Shown piece after piece: positions 1 through 9,568 of a stretch of 60,675 nucleotides of DNA (position 1 is the first letter of the stretch; each line of letters begins with the position of its first letter). Both the position numbers and the translations under genes were made by a program. The notes beneath the pieces were generated by a model. That model was not told where the DNA came from. It did no database searches and saw nothing but the letters and a program-made list of their open reading frames with translations. Origin of the DNA: Candidatus Uhrbacteria bacterium CG10_big_fil_rev_8_21_14_0_10_48_16 (lineage in GTDB: Bacteria; Patescibacteriota; Patescibacteriia; UBA9934; GWF2-40-263); contig PFEU01000008.1 of the NCBI GenBank assembly GCA_002793515.1, positions 73,952 to 134,626 of the forward strand, written 5' to 3'.

Positions 1-1762
1 TTTTCTTAATTTGTGCTGGAGTTCCTTCGGCGACAATCTGACCTCCATACTCTCCCGCGCCTGGTCCGACATCAAACACGTAATCTGCTGCCTCAATCAT
101 CGCTTCATCATGCTCGACCACAATAACCGAGTTTCCAAAATCTTTGAGCGCGCGGATCGTCTCAATCAAATGATCATTGTCGCGTGGATGAAGTCCAATC
201 GAAGGTTCGTCGAGAATATAAATGACTCCTGAAAGCTGACTCCCCAGTTGCGTGGCAAGTCGAACACGCTGAGACTCACCACCTGAGAGCGTCATAGCGC
301 TTCGATCAAGCGTAAGGTATCCCAACCCCACCTGCATCAACTGTTTAATGCGAATCCGCACCTCCTTTGCCACGCGGTCGACCACAAGACGCTCGTCACT
401 CGTAAGGCCATTTGTGAGCAGATCTTTTTTATTTGTCAGGGTATCAAAATGTGCCTGAACATCCTCGATAGGCATGTTCACCAAATCGGCAATAGATTTA
501 TCCGCAATCGTGATCGCGAGCACCGCAGGCTGAAGACGTTTTCCAGAACACCCAGGGCACGTCATGCGACGCATGTATCCTTCGAGCTCACTGCGAACAT
601 ATTCGGAATCTGTTTCCCGATATTTTTGTTCAAGTTGCATCAAAATTCCTGGAAACGTAATTCTCTCTCCTTTATAGGTATATTCATCCTCCCCTGTCCC
701 ATTTAACAAAAGATCAAGTTTTGGTTTTGGAAGTTTTCCAATAGGGATACTCATGGAGATACGGTGCTTCTTTGCCACGATCTTCAAAATATCCATGTAG
801 CTCGTCTGATTCCCCGCAATCCTTGTCCAAGGACGAACCGCCCCTTCTGCAAACGTAAGACGTCGATTTGGAATCACAAGCTCTGACTCGAGAACCAACT
901 TTTCTCCAAGGCCCATACAATCTCGACACGCCCCAAATGGAGAGTTAAACGAAAACAGTCTCGGCTCTGGCTTTGGAAGATTGATGCCACATGCCGCACA
1001 CATATAACTTTGAGAGAGCGACAATTCATCCCCTGTGTCATCATTCAATAACGTCACAAACCCATTTCCGTACTCAAGCGCTTTGGTCACCTGTTGAGTC
1101 ACCTGTTCGGTTGAATACGATTGCTCTGAAGTAAATGCAAAGATCACCACATCAATATCATGTGCCTTCTTCTTATCTTTGCGCATGATGAGCGCCTCCT
1201 TCGTATCCATGAGAAGACCATCAAAACGAATCTGCGTGAACCCGGCATTTAATGCCGTTTGAAGAACTTGTTTATGCTCTCCCTTTAACTGATGAACAAC
1301 TGGAGCGAGTAAAAGAATCTCCTTTGTTCCCATGAGTGTTTCAACATGAGACACAATCTGCGGGAGAGTTTGTTCACTGACTCCGGCTCCACACTCCGGA
1401 CAATGCGGGCGACCCGCTCGAGCAAACAGCACGCGGAGGAAATCATAAATCTCCGTCACCGTTCCCACGGTTGAGCGTGGGTTGTGTGACGAAGATTTTT
1501 GATCAATCGCAATGGTTGGAGAAAGACCGAGAATCTCATCTACATCAGGCTTATCCTGAAGTTCGAGAAACTGTCGTGCATATGAAGACAAAGACTCCAT
1601 ATACCGACGTTGCCCTTCGGCATAAATCGTGTCGAAGGCAAGAGAAGATTTTCCTGATCCTGAAAGACCCGTAATAACGACAAGTTGATTCTTTGGAATA
1701 TCAACATTGATATTCTTAAGGTTATGCGCGCGAGCCCCCCGGACGGAAATCTTGTTGGACAT
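1..1762 (-). CDS. uvrA: Excinuclease ABC subunit A, 5' part; runs off the left edge of the window
   Basis: Absent from the ORF track (no stop in window). Manual translation from ATG 1762: MSNKISVRGARAHNLKNINVDIP...GLSGSGKSSLAFDTIYAEGQRRY...GLSPTIAIDQK...HNPRSTVGTVTEIYD...CPECG...FSFNSPFGACRDCMGLG...TLSGGESQRVRLATQLGSQLSGVIYILDEPSIGLHPRD; frame open to position 1. Confidence 0.97.
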   Translation of the reverse strand, partial: MSNKISVRGARAHNLKNINVDIPKNQLVVITGLSGSGKSSLAFDTIYAEGQRRYMESLSSYARQFLELQDKPDVDEILGLSPTIAIDQKSSSHNPRSTVGTVTEIYDFLRVLFARAGRPHCPECGAGVSEQTLPQIVSHVETLMGTKEILLLAPVVHQLKGEHKQVLQTALNAGFTQIRFDGLLMDTKEALIMRKDKKKAHDIDVVIFAFTSEQSYSTEQVTQQVTKALEYGNGFVTLLNDDTGDELSLSQSYMCAACGINLPKPEPRLFSFNSPFGACRDCMGLGEKLVLESELVIPNRRLTFAEGAVRPWTRIAGNQTSYMDILKIVAKKHRISMSIPIGKLPKPKLDLLLNGTGEDEYTYKGERITFPGILMQLEQKYRETDSEYVRSELEGYMRRMTCPGCSGKRLQPAVLAITIADKSIADLVNMPIEDVQAHFDTLTNKKDLLTNGLTSDERLVVDRVAKEVRIRIKQLMQVGLGYLTLDRSAMTLSGGESQRVRLATQLGSQLSGVIYILDEPSIGLHPRDNDHLIETIRALKDFGNSVIVVEHDEAMIEAADYVFDVGPGAGEYGGQIVAEGTPAQIKK

Positions 1763-1860
1763 AGTTTAAAAAGAGGAGAAATAAGAAGCGTCTGCAAGGC
1801 TACCACAAAAATAAACACCAGGCAAGAGTCCCGCCTGGTGTTTGATCTACAAAAAAGAAC

Positions 1861-3366
1861 TTAGTCGAAGATTGTATAGAACCAAGATGTTGTATCTGGT
1901 GCCGTATTACAATTGTAATCCGCGGTGGTAAGAGCCGATGCAACAGAATCGGTAATAGCCCCAAAACTGAATGACCCGAGATAACACGCTTTTTCTGCCT
2001 CCGTACGATTCCACGCACACATATCATTGAGTGTTCCACCTCCACCGCAAAACGATCCTAATGTCAGGTCTCCAAGATTATCGTACAGGACTTTTCCTGC
2101 TCCAGAATCTGTTCCTGGAAGACCGGAATTTTTTCCAAGATCAATATTCTCAAGAGTTGTGTTTCCACTCGAAGAAAAGACTGGAAGCGTCTCATAGTCT
2201 TCACATGTTTTAACCTGTGAACAATTGACGACAACACGCGCACACGCAGCCGTTCCCGTTGGATCTCCTCCTCCATCAGGATCTCGTGTAAGAAAACAGG
2301 CTTCATATTTTTGCACAACCGTCTCCTCCCATTGAATCGTCTTTCCTGCATTTGGACCAACCGTTGGTGTGAAACTTGCCGTCTTCGGTGAAATATCCGT
2401 TTCATACCGAGGCAAACTATTAAATGCCGAACAGATGGAAGCCGTTGGAGGAAGGACCGTATTATCAGACGTTAATTCCTCACAAGCCATACACGTCGGC
2501 GTCTCTCCCGGAATACACATCTCTCTGTCATTCGCACAAAACGCAAAGTTACAAACAACTCCATCTACGGTTGCATTTCCTTCTGGATCTTTTGTCACGG
2601 TTCCCACCGTTCCACATGCCTTGGGACCAGAATACTCAATGGCATATCCCTCTTTGATCAAGTCATCGCAAGAAGCATTATCAACAAGACTCACGGTTTT
2701 AATCATGGGAAAATCCGGAACGGACATCTTCAAAAGCTGTGGATTCACGGTAAATAGAATGAGGTAGGTTGAGAGAAGCAACACCAGCCCCATGACGGCA
2801 TTTTTAATCGTCGTCTTTGCCTTCCCGACCTGTTCAGAGCTCAACCCTCCCAATGACCAACGAATTCCAGCAACCATTAACATCACGATTGCGATCGTGG
2901 TAGCAGCTCCTAACATCCACTGATAGGCTTTCGCAACATACTCCCCTAAGTCCCCCGCCACAGTCAGTCCGCCTATAGATGTTGAGAGCGTAAGTTTCGC
3001 AGCCTTCGATGGATCAGGAAAACAATAGTGATACCCATTCGGACACTCAGGAGGCTGATACCCATCGAGAACCCCATTATGTTCTGCACACTGATCTGCC
3101 GTGAAACAATTCAAACTTCGGGATGGATGTTGATTCGCCGTACAAGCAAAAGCCGCAATATTTTGACCGCTCGCCTTACACGCAGTATCACATGCCGTAC
3201 GTTCAATTTTGGTGGTTGCGTCTGGATACTGTTTCGCTCCCGTGGGACTTGTGCAATAACACGAACAACTATCTGTTGCCGCTTGCACAGATGGAACGGC
3301 TCCAAAAACCCCGATGATCATCAAGGTCATCAACATGGCACCAAAAAATCGCTGAGTCTTTCTCAT
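1861..3366 (-). CDS. Cys-rich secreted/membrane protein with CPR-type pilin-like (TrbC/VirB2-like) hairpin domain
   Basis: Signal peptide; two hydrophobic helices (MLGAATTIAIVMLMVAGIRW...AKTTIKNAVMGLVLLLSTYLILFTVNPQLL) typical of CPR pilin-like proteins; many Cys in the flanking domains. Confidence 0.65.
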   Translation of the reverse strand: MRKTQRFFGAMLMTLMIIGVFGAVPSVQAATDSCSCYCTSPTGAKQYPDATTKIERTACDTACKASGQNIAAFACTANQHPSRSLNCFTADQCAEHNGVLDGYQPPECPNGYHYCFPDPSKAAKLTLSTSIGGLTVAGDLGEYVAKAYQWMLGAATTIAIVMLMVAGIRWSLGGLSSEQVGKAKTTIKNAVMGLVLLLSTYLILFTVNPQLLKMSVPDFPMIKTVSLVDNASCDDLIKEGYAIEYSGPKACGTVGTVTKDPEGNATVDGVVCNFAFCANDREMCIPGETPTCMACEELTSDNTVLPPTASICSAFNSLPRYETDISPKTASFTPTVGPNAGKTIQWEETVVQKYEACFLTRDPDGGGDPTGTAACARVVVNCSQVKTCEDYETLPVFSSSGNTTLENIDLGKNSGLPGTDSGAGKVLYDNLGDLTLGSFCGGGGTLNDMCAWNRTEAEKACYLGSFSFGAITDSVASALTTADYNCNTAPDTTSWFYTIFD

Positions 3367-3368
3367 AC

Positions 3369-4103
3369 TTATTCTTCGCGATTCAAAATCGACTGAATAA
3401 CCGCTTCTAAAATATCCGCAGGAATGGCTCCGGCAATACGGTTTCCATTAATAAAAAATGTTGGTGTTCCTCGCACCCCGGCTTCGACCCCCGCGAGATA
3501 ATCTTCTGTGACTTCATCCGCATACCGACCAGATTGTACGCACGACTCAAACTGAGCCACGTTCATATTTAGACTTTCGGCAAACTCCATAAATGCTTCT
3601 TCGCTCAGCGCATTCTGATTTTGATACAGCTTGTCGTGAAACTCCCAAAACTTTCCTTGATCATCTGCACACTCCCCTGCCTCAGCGGCCTTTTGCGCAA
3701 TCGGGTGAAGTTCTGTCAGAGGAAAATCTCGATAAATAAACTGCACCGTATCTGGATACTGCACCGCAAGCTCACGGATGATAAAACTCGACTCTCGTGA
3801 AAACGGACATCCAAAATCTGCAAACTCCACAATCGTCACAGGAGCCGACGGATTTCCTAATCGAGGATCATCCGTCGTGACGAGATCAAACGTCCCATCT
3901 TTCACCGGTCGACTTGCTAGGCTCGTAATCGTAGAAAAACTCCCTCCAAAACTCAATGCGCTTGAATCCACCTCACCTGTCCGAATCAAATTTGCGAAAT
4001 ACAGAACGCGGTAGACGAATATTCCTAAAAGGGAAAGCACAATAATAGTCACAATCGTAGCAACCCAACTCCGCTTTCGATGAATATGTTCGTCAGCCTC
4101 CAT
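3369..4103 (-). CDS. Membrane-anchored DsbA/thioredoxin-family protein, CxxS variant
   Basis: N-terminal TM helix; LGNPSAPVTIVEFADFGCPFS, FIYRDFPL, cis-Pro loop GVRGTPTFFING. Confidence 0.85.
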   Translation of the reverse strand: MEADEHIHRKRSWVATIVTIIVLSLLGIFVYRVLYFANLIRTGEVDSSALSFGGSFSTITSLASRPVKDGTFDLVTTDDPRLGNPSAPVTIVEFADFGCPFSRESSFIIRELAVQYPDTVQFIYRDFPLTELHPIAQKAAEAGECADDQGKFWEFHDKLYQNQNALSEEAFMEFAESLNMNVAQFESCVQSGRYADEVTEDYLAGVEAGVRGTPTFFINGNRIAGAIPADILEAVIQSILNREE

Positions 4104-4157
4104 AGTATCTTCTTTAAAAAAAGTATATCATGAATCATGTTGCCTCTATAGAGACCG

Positions 4158-4186
4158 TTGACGAGATACGAGGAATCTGATAGTCT
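4158..4186 (+). promoter_or_regulatory. Sigma70-type promoter for secG
   Basis: TTGACG-N17-TAGTCT. Confidence 0.55.
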
Positions 4187-4207
4187 TTGCACGAAATCAA
4201 TTCTCCT

Positions 4208-4429
4208 ATGAACTTGGAATCTGTACTAAATATCGCTCAAATCGTCCTTGCTATTCTTCTTGTCGCTTCCATTTTGCTTCAAGCTCAAGGAACAGGACTC
4301 GGAGCGGCTTTTGGAGGAGGCGGTAATGTCTACCGAACAAAACGTGGAGCTGAGAAGAAAATCTTTCAGCTCACCATTATCCTATCTATCCTATTTTTTG
4401 GCGTCGCTCTGGTTAACGCTCTGATCTAG
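4208..4429 (+). CDS. secG: Preprotein translocase subunit SecG
   Basis: ILLQAQGTGLGAAFGGGGNVYRTKRGAEKKIFQLTIIL with two TM helices; ATG 4208 preferred over the track start. Confidence 0.92.
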   Translation: MNLESVLNIAQIVLAILLVASILLQAQGTGLGAAFGGGGNVYRTKRGAEKKIFQLTIILSILFFGVALVNALI

Positions 4430-4455
4430 CAAAAAAAGAGACTCTTCTCTATCTT

Positions 4456-6291
4456 GTGCTTGATATCCGTACATTCTTCAAACGTTTTCGAAAAGACTCA
4501 AGGTCTTCCGCTCGCGACCTGACTATGCGCCAGGTTCTTTCCGTTCGAAAGACGGGAGGAATCCCTTCTTGGAAACAATGGAAGCAACTTCCAAGCGTCC
4601 TTACCCGTTCAGAAAAAAACATCCTGATCGGAGCCACAGGAATTATTGTGCTTTCTCTTCTCATCGCAGGTGTGAGTTACGTGACCACACATCAAATTGT
4701 CATTCCAGCGGTTGGAGGAGAGTACACAGAAGGACTTGTGGGAGAACCTCAGTTTATCAATCCGCTCTATGCCGTCAGTAGTGATGTAGACCAGGATCTC
4801 GTAAGTCTGATCTACTCTGGACTTGTCCGATGGGATCAAGAAGAAGGATTTATTCCAGATCTCGCAGAATCGATTGAAGTAAATGACGAGGGAACAATCT
4901 ACACATTGAAAATTCGTGACAACGCGAAGTTCCACAATGGAGAAGATGTGCTTGCACGCGATGTGGTCTTTACGATCAATGCCATTCAGAACCCTTCTTA
5001 CCGAAGTCCCCTTGCCGATCATTTCTACAACGTGACGGCCGTTCAAGAAGATGACAAAACGGTTTCTTTTATCTTAGAAGAAGCGTTCGCTCCGTTCATA
5101 CAGCACCTGACCGTCGGAATCCTTCCATCAAGTCTCTGGGCAGAGATTCTGCCACAAAATGCTCCTTTGGCCGCGTTCAATTTACAACCCGTTGGTTCAG
5201 GTCCTTACACATTCGCAGAATTTACAAAGGATAAGAAAGGATCCATTCGAAGCTATAGCATCAAACGCAATAGCAACTATTATTTCGAGGCTCCATACAT
5301 TGAAGATATCCATTTCAAATTCTATCCTGACATCTTCGCACTTCACGAAGCACTCCAAAACAAAAACATCGAAGGGGTCAGTGTGGTCGGATTTGATCAA
5401 CGTGAAAAAATACTCACAAATAGAAATGTCGAATTGCTTGAACCATTCCTTCCAAGAGAGACCGTCCTATACTTCAATCAAGACTTGAGCCCTGCCCTGA
5501 AAGACGATTCTGTACGCCAGGCCATTGTTTCAGCGATTGATAAAGGGGCGATCGTAAGCGATGTCTATCAAGAGACAGCACGTGTGATTCATAGCCCCAT
5601 ACTCGAAGGCATGATCGGATACGATGAACTCCGAGTGGACATCTACGATCCAACTCAATCCGAAACACTTCTCGAGGAAGCGGGGTATGCCAAACAAGAA
5701 GGAACCGAAATCCGTCTCTTGAAAAAGAGTCTACGCACCGAAGAAACGAGCGATGAAGAAGGAACGGAAACTCCCCAGACACTTCGCTTTACCCTCACGA
5801 CCGTTGACCGAACAGACCTGCGTTTGGTTGCTGAACAGATTGCAGAAGACCTCCATGCGGTTGGCATCGATGTGACTGTGAACCTCGTCCCTTCTGAGCG
5901 GATTGGAATTGACATCATTGATCCTCGAAACTTCGAGCTTCTGTTGGCTCCCATCATGCTCGAAGCAGATCCAGATCCCTACCTGTTCTGGCACTCTTCC
6001 CAAACAAAAACATCTGGGTTAAACCTCGTCGGATATAGTAATGCGGATGTCGATACCCTTTTAGAAGAGGCTCGTATAGAACGTGATCCTGAAATCCGAT
6101 CGCAAAAATATCAAGAGTTCCAAGAACTTCTTGCCACAGATGCTCCAGCGGTCTATCTCTATCAATCGACCTACGGATACGGACTCGATACAAAAATTCA
6201 GCATCCTGCACTCAACTCGATTCTTATTCCCTCCGATCGATTCGTCGATATCACCCAGTGGTATATCAAAACCAAAAAGGCTCTCCAGTAA
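4456..6291 (+). CDS. Peptide/nickel ABC transporter substrate-binding protein (family 5) with N-terminal TM anchor; no permease genes adjacent
   Basis: GGEYTEGLVGEPQFINPL, IYSGLV, PDLAES, KFHNGEDV, PVGSGPY motifs. Confidence 0.88.
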   Translation: MLDIRTFFKRFRKDSRSSARDLTMRQVLSVRKTGGIPSWKQWKQLPSVLTRSEKNILIGATGIIVLSLLIAGVSYVTTHQIVIPAVGGEYTEGLVGEPQFINPLYAVSSDVDQDLVSLIYSGLVRWDQEEGFIPDLAESIEVNDEGTIYTLKIRDNAKFHNGEDVLARDVVFTINAIQNPSYRSPLADHFYNVTAVQEDDKTVSFILEEAFAPFIQHLTVGILPSSLWAEILPQNAPLAAFNLQPVGSGPYTFAEFTKDKKGSIRSYSIKRNSNYYFEAPYIEDIHFKFYPDIFALHEALQNKNIEGVSVVGFDQREKILTNRNVELLEPFLPRETVLYFNQDLSPALKDDSVRQAIVSAIDKGAIVSDVYQETARVIHSPILEGMIGYDELRVDIYDPTQSETLLEEAGYAKQEGTEIRLLKKSLRTEETSDEEGTETPQTLRFTLTTVDRTDLRLVAEQIAEDLHAVGIDVTVNLVPSERIGIDIIDPRNFELLLAPIMLEADPDPYLFWHSSQTKTSGLNLVGYSNADVDTLLEEARIERDPEIRSQKYQEFQELLATDAPAVYLYQSTYGYGLDTKIQHPALNSILIPSDRFVDITQWYIKTKKALQ

Positions 6292-6346
6292 ATGGGAAGT
6301 CCTTCAAACGAGCCTATGACTCGCTCCTTTGAAGAACTTCCCCCAT

Positions 6347-6432
6347 GCGGATGTGGTGGAACGGTAGACACGCAGGCCTCAGAAGCCTGTGGGAGCAATC
6401 TCGTGAGGGTTCAAGTCCCTCCATCCGCACCA
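6347..6432 (+). tRNA. tRNA-Leu(CAG), CCA encoded
   Basis: Acceptor GCGGATG/CATCCGC, anticodon arm CAGGC-CTCAGAA-GCCTG, long variable arm, T-loop GGTTCAAGTCC, 3' ACCA. Confidence 0.97.
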
Positions 6433-6450
6433 CCATGTGATTTTTTACCG

Positions 6451-6481
6451 AGCAGATGAGATCATCTCTCTCATCTGCTTT
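6451..6481 (+). terminator. Hairpin downstream of tRNA-Leu, likely terminator
   Basis: 11-bp stem AGCAGATGAGA/TCTCATCTGCT with a short T tail. Confidence 0.5.
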
Positions 6482-6570
6482 CAAAAGATCACCCACCATG
6501 CTTGAGGAGAAAAGCCTGTCCTTTCACAACTGAACTTTTATTATTACTACAACAAACTATTGTTTTATTT

Positions 6571-8382
6571 ATGGTTACACAAAATTCACCACGCAAACCC
6601 GCACCAGCAGGTGCCGGAAAGCCCAAACACCGCGGTCGTGTCTTTCGATCAAATAAGCCACAAACGGCTCGAAGAAATATCCCGACCCAACAGGTCCGCT
6701 CAAAAATACTCCATGCACCAAACGGCGACAAACTTCGCATCATGGTCCTTGGAGGATGTGAAGAAGTTGGACGCAACTGTACGCTCATCGAATATAAAAA
6801 CGACATCGTGATTGTCGACATGGGTCTCCAGTTTCCAGAAGAAGGAATGCCGGGAGTGGACTACATCATTCCAAACATGACCTACCTCAAAGGAAAAGAA
6901 AAAAACATTCGAGGAGTCATTATTACCCACGGTCACTATGACCACATTGGAGCCATCCCTCATACCGTTCCGAACATCGGAAATCCACCGATCTATGCGC
7001 TCCCCATGTCTGCAGCCATCATCAAGCGTCGCCAGGAAGACTTCCATACACGCCCACTGAACCTCAAGGTCACCAAAGCGAGCGACAAACTCAAACTGGG
7101 TTCCATGACGGTTTCCTTCTTCCACATCAATCACAGCATTCCAGACGCCGTCGGGATCGTGATCGATACCCCTGTCGGGCGTGTCTGTCATACGGGAGAC
7201 TGGAAGTTTGATTTTCATCCATCTGGGACGGAACACGCAGACTTTCAGCATATCGCCGCGCTTGGAAAAGAAGGGGTCCTCGTACTGATGGGAGACTCAA
7301 CCAACGCCAACCACGAAGGTCACCAGGTCTCTGAAAAAGTCATTGGAGCAGAACTGACCACGATCATCGAGAAGGCTCCTGGTCGCGTGATCGTCGGAAC
7401 ATTCGCTTCGCTCCTCGCTCGCGTTAAACAAATTATCGAAGCATCAGAAAAACTTGGAAAGAAAGTTGCCATCGATGGATACTCCATGAAAACAAACGTG
7501 GAGATTGCCAAAGCCATGGGCTTCATTAAATGCAATCAATCAACCTTGATCAAACCGGAACAAATGGACTCCTATCCGGATAATAAGGTCGTCCTTATTT
7601 GTACGGGAGCGCAAGGAGAAAAGAATGCTGCCCTCAATCGTATTGCCAACGGTGAACATCGAAGTGTCAACGTCGGAGAAGGCGACACCATCATTTTCTC
7701 CTCATCCGTAATCCCTGGAAACGAAGGATCTGTCCAACGTCTGATGGACTCGCTCTACCGCAAGGGCGCAAACGTCATCAACTATAAGATGATGGACGTG
7801 CACGCGGGAGGACATGCCAAAAAAGAGGACATCAAGCTCATGCTCGCCCTCTTCAAGCCAACGTACTATGTTCCGATCGAAGGAAACCACTTCTTGCTCC
7901 GAGAGAATGCGAGCGTGGCCTATTCCATGGGATGGGACAAAGACCATGTATTCGTCGTTGATAACGGTCAAGTAATGGAATACTGGAAAGATGGAGGACG
8001 ACTCACAAAAGAGAAAGTGCCAACCGATTATGTCTTTGTGGACGGGCTCGGTGTGGGAGATGTGTCTCAAGTCGTTCTCCGTGACCGTGTCGTGCTCGCC
8101 GAAGACGGAATGGTCATTGTCATTGTGCAAGTCGAAAAGAAAACCGGAAAACTTGTCGGGTATCCTGATATTGTCAGCCGAGGGTTCATTTATATGAAGG
8201 ACCATCAAGAGCTGATCAAAGAGACCCGTGACCAAGTTAAGAAGGCCGTCATCGACAACGATCCAAAGTCCGCAGCAGATCCAAAGTACATTCGTGATCG
8301 CATTCGTGATCACATTGGAAAGTTCCTCTTCCAAAAAACAGAACGTCGACCAATGATCCTTCCGGTCATTATCGAAGTCTAG
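6571..8382 (+). CDS. rnj: Ribonuclease J
   Basis: LGGCEEVGRNC, ITHGHYDHIGA, HTGDWKFD, CTGAQGE, VHAGGHA, RRPMILPVIIEV; start at ATG 6571 is a judgement call. Confidence 0.95.
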   Translation: MVTQNSPRKPAPAGAGKPKHRGRVFRSNKPQTARRNIPTQQVRSKILHAPNGDKLRIMVLGGCEEVGRNCTLIEYKNDIVIVDMGLQFPEEGMPGVDYIIPNMTYLKGKEKNIRGVIITHGHYDHIGAIPHTVPNIGNPPIYALPMSAAIIKRRQEDFHTRPLNLKVTKASDKLKLGSMTVSFFHINHSIPDAVGIVIDTPVGRVCHTGDWKFDFHPSGTEHADFQHIAALGKEGVLVLMGDSTNANHEGHQVSEKVIGAELTTIIEKAPGRVIVGTFASLLARVKQIIEASEKLGKKVAIDGYSMKTNVEIAKAMGFIKCNQSTLIKPEQMDSYPDNKVVLICTGAQGEKNAALNRIANGEHRSVNVGEGDTIIFSSSVIPGNEGSVQRLMDSLYRKGANVINYKMMDVHAGGHAKKEDIKLMLALFKPTYYVPIEGNHFLLRENASVAYSMGWDKDHVFVVDNGQVMEYWKDGGRLTKEKVPTDYVFVDGLGVGDVSQVVLRDRVVLAEDGMVIVIVQVEKKTGKLVGYPDIVSRGFIYMKDHQELIKETRDQVKKAVIDNDPKSAADPKYIRDRIRDHIGKFLFQKTERRPMILPVIIEV

Positions 8383-8390
8383 GGAAACAT

Positions 8391-8420
8391 CCACCCCATC
8401 ATGGGGTGGTTTTCTTTTTT
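8391..8420 (+). terminator. Intrinsic terminator after rnj
   Basis: CCACCCCAT/ATGGGGTGG stem followed by TTTTCTTTTTT. Confidence 0.75.
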
Positions 8421-8447
8421 AGGCACGATTGCTATGATGACGAACGT

Positions 8448-9434
8448 ATGAACCGTATCCTTACTGCCCTTCAACCTTCAGGAATTCTCCATATCGGAAA
8501 CCTCTTTGGCGCCATTGAACCCATGGTAGGCCTTCAATCTGATGAGAATGAGAACCTGCTTTTCGCCGTGGATTATCACGCCATCACCGTTCCACAGAAG
8601 CCCGCAGAACTCCGTCGAAATATTCTGTTCGCGACAGCCACCTATCTTGCGGTAGGCATCGATCCGACAAAAACGATTCTCTTTCAACAGTCTCGTGTAA
8701 GCGAGCACACAGAACTCGCATGGATTTTGAACTGCATCGCTCACATGGGTGAGCTCGAACGCATGACGCAATTCAAAGACAAGAGTCAGGGGAATGATCT
8801 GTCTGTCTCCGTTGGACTCTTCGACTACCCTGTTCTTATGGCCTCGGACATCTTGCTGTACGACACAAACGTGGTTCCTGTTGGGGCAGATCAAAAACAA
8901 CATGTAGAACTCGCACGTGATCTCGCAGAGCGTTTCAACAACCGTTTTGGAGAAACCTTTGTCGTCCCAACTCCACAGATCAGAAAAGAAGGAGCGCGTA
9001 TCATGGGGCTCGATGACCCAGAAAAGAAAATGTCGAAGTCTGCCACAAGCGAGAAAAACTATATTTCGATCATGGATGATGAAGCGACCGTTCTCAAAAA
9101 GATTAAGTCCGCCGTCACAGATTCACAGTCTACGATTATGTATGACGAAAAACGCAAGGGCCTTGCGAACCTCCTAACCATCTACTCTCTGGTGACGAAC
9201 ACGCACGTCAATCAAATCGCAAGCGAGTACGAAGGAAAAGGCTACGGCGATTTCAAAGTTGGTCTAGCCGAAGCGATCAGTGACTACCTCACTCCCCTTC
9301 AAGAAAAAATCAAAGGATATCTCGCAAACGAGGACGAACTCATCAACATCCTCGACCAAGGAGCCCAGCGCGCAAAAGCGATCGCCAGCAAAAAAATGGA
9401 AGTCGTACGACAAAAGATTGGTGTTCAACTCTAA
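8448..9434 (+). CDS. trpS: Tryptophan--tRNA ligase
   Basis: LQPSGILHIGN (HIGH), YPVLMASDIL, VPVGADQKQH, KMSKS. Confidence 0.97.
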   Translation: MNRILTALQPSGILHIGNLFGAIEPMVGLQSDENENLLFAVDYHAITVPQKPAELRRNILFATATYLAVGIDPTKTILFQQSRVSEHTELAWILNCIAHMGELERMTQFKDKSQGNDLSVSVGLFDYPVLMASDILLYDTNVVPVGADQKQHVELARDLAERFNNRFGETFVVPTPQIRKEGARIMGLDDPEKKMSKSATSEKNYISIMDDEATVLKKIKSAVTDSQSTIMYDEKRKGLANLLTIYSLVTNTHVNQIASEYEGKGYGDFKVGLAEAISDYLTPLQEKIKGYLANEDELINILDQGAQRAKAIASKKMEVVRQKIGVQL

Positions 9435-9441
9435 ACCTTAC

Positions 9442-9466
9442 AAAAACAGGCAAAAAGCCTGTTTTT
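9442..9466 (+). terminator. Intrinsic terminator after trpS
   Basis: AAAAACAGGC/GCCTGTTTTT inverted repeat. Confidence 0.7.
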
Positions 9467-9568
9467 AGGTTGACAAACTCAACTTTCTCTGGCAAAGTCG
9501 CCGGTCATAGTCACCCTGGCTATGCCCCGAGAAATCGGTTCGTTCTTCCCCAAAGAAAGGAGAGTGGC

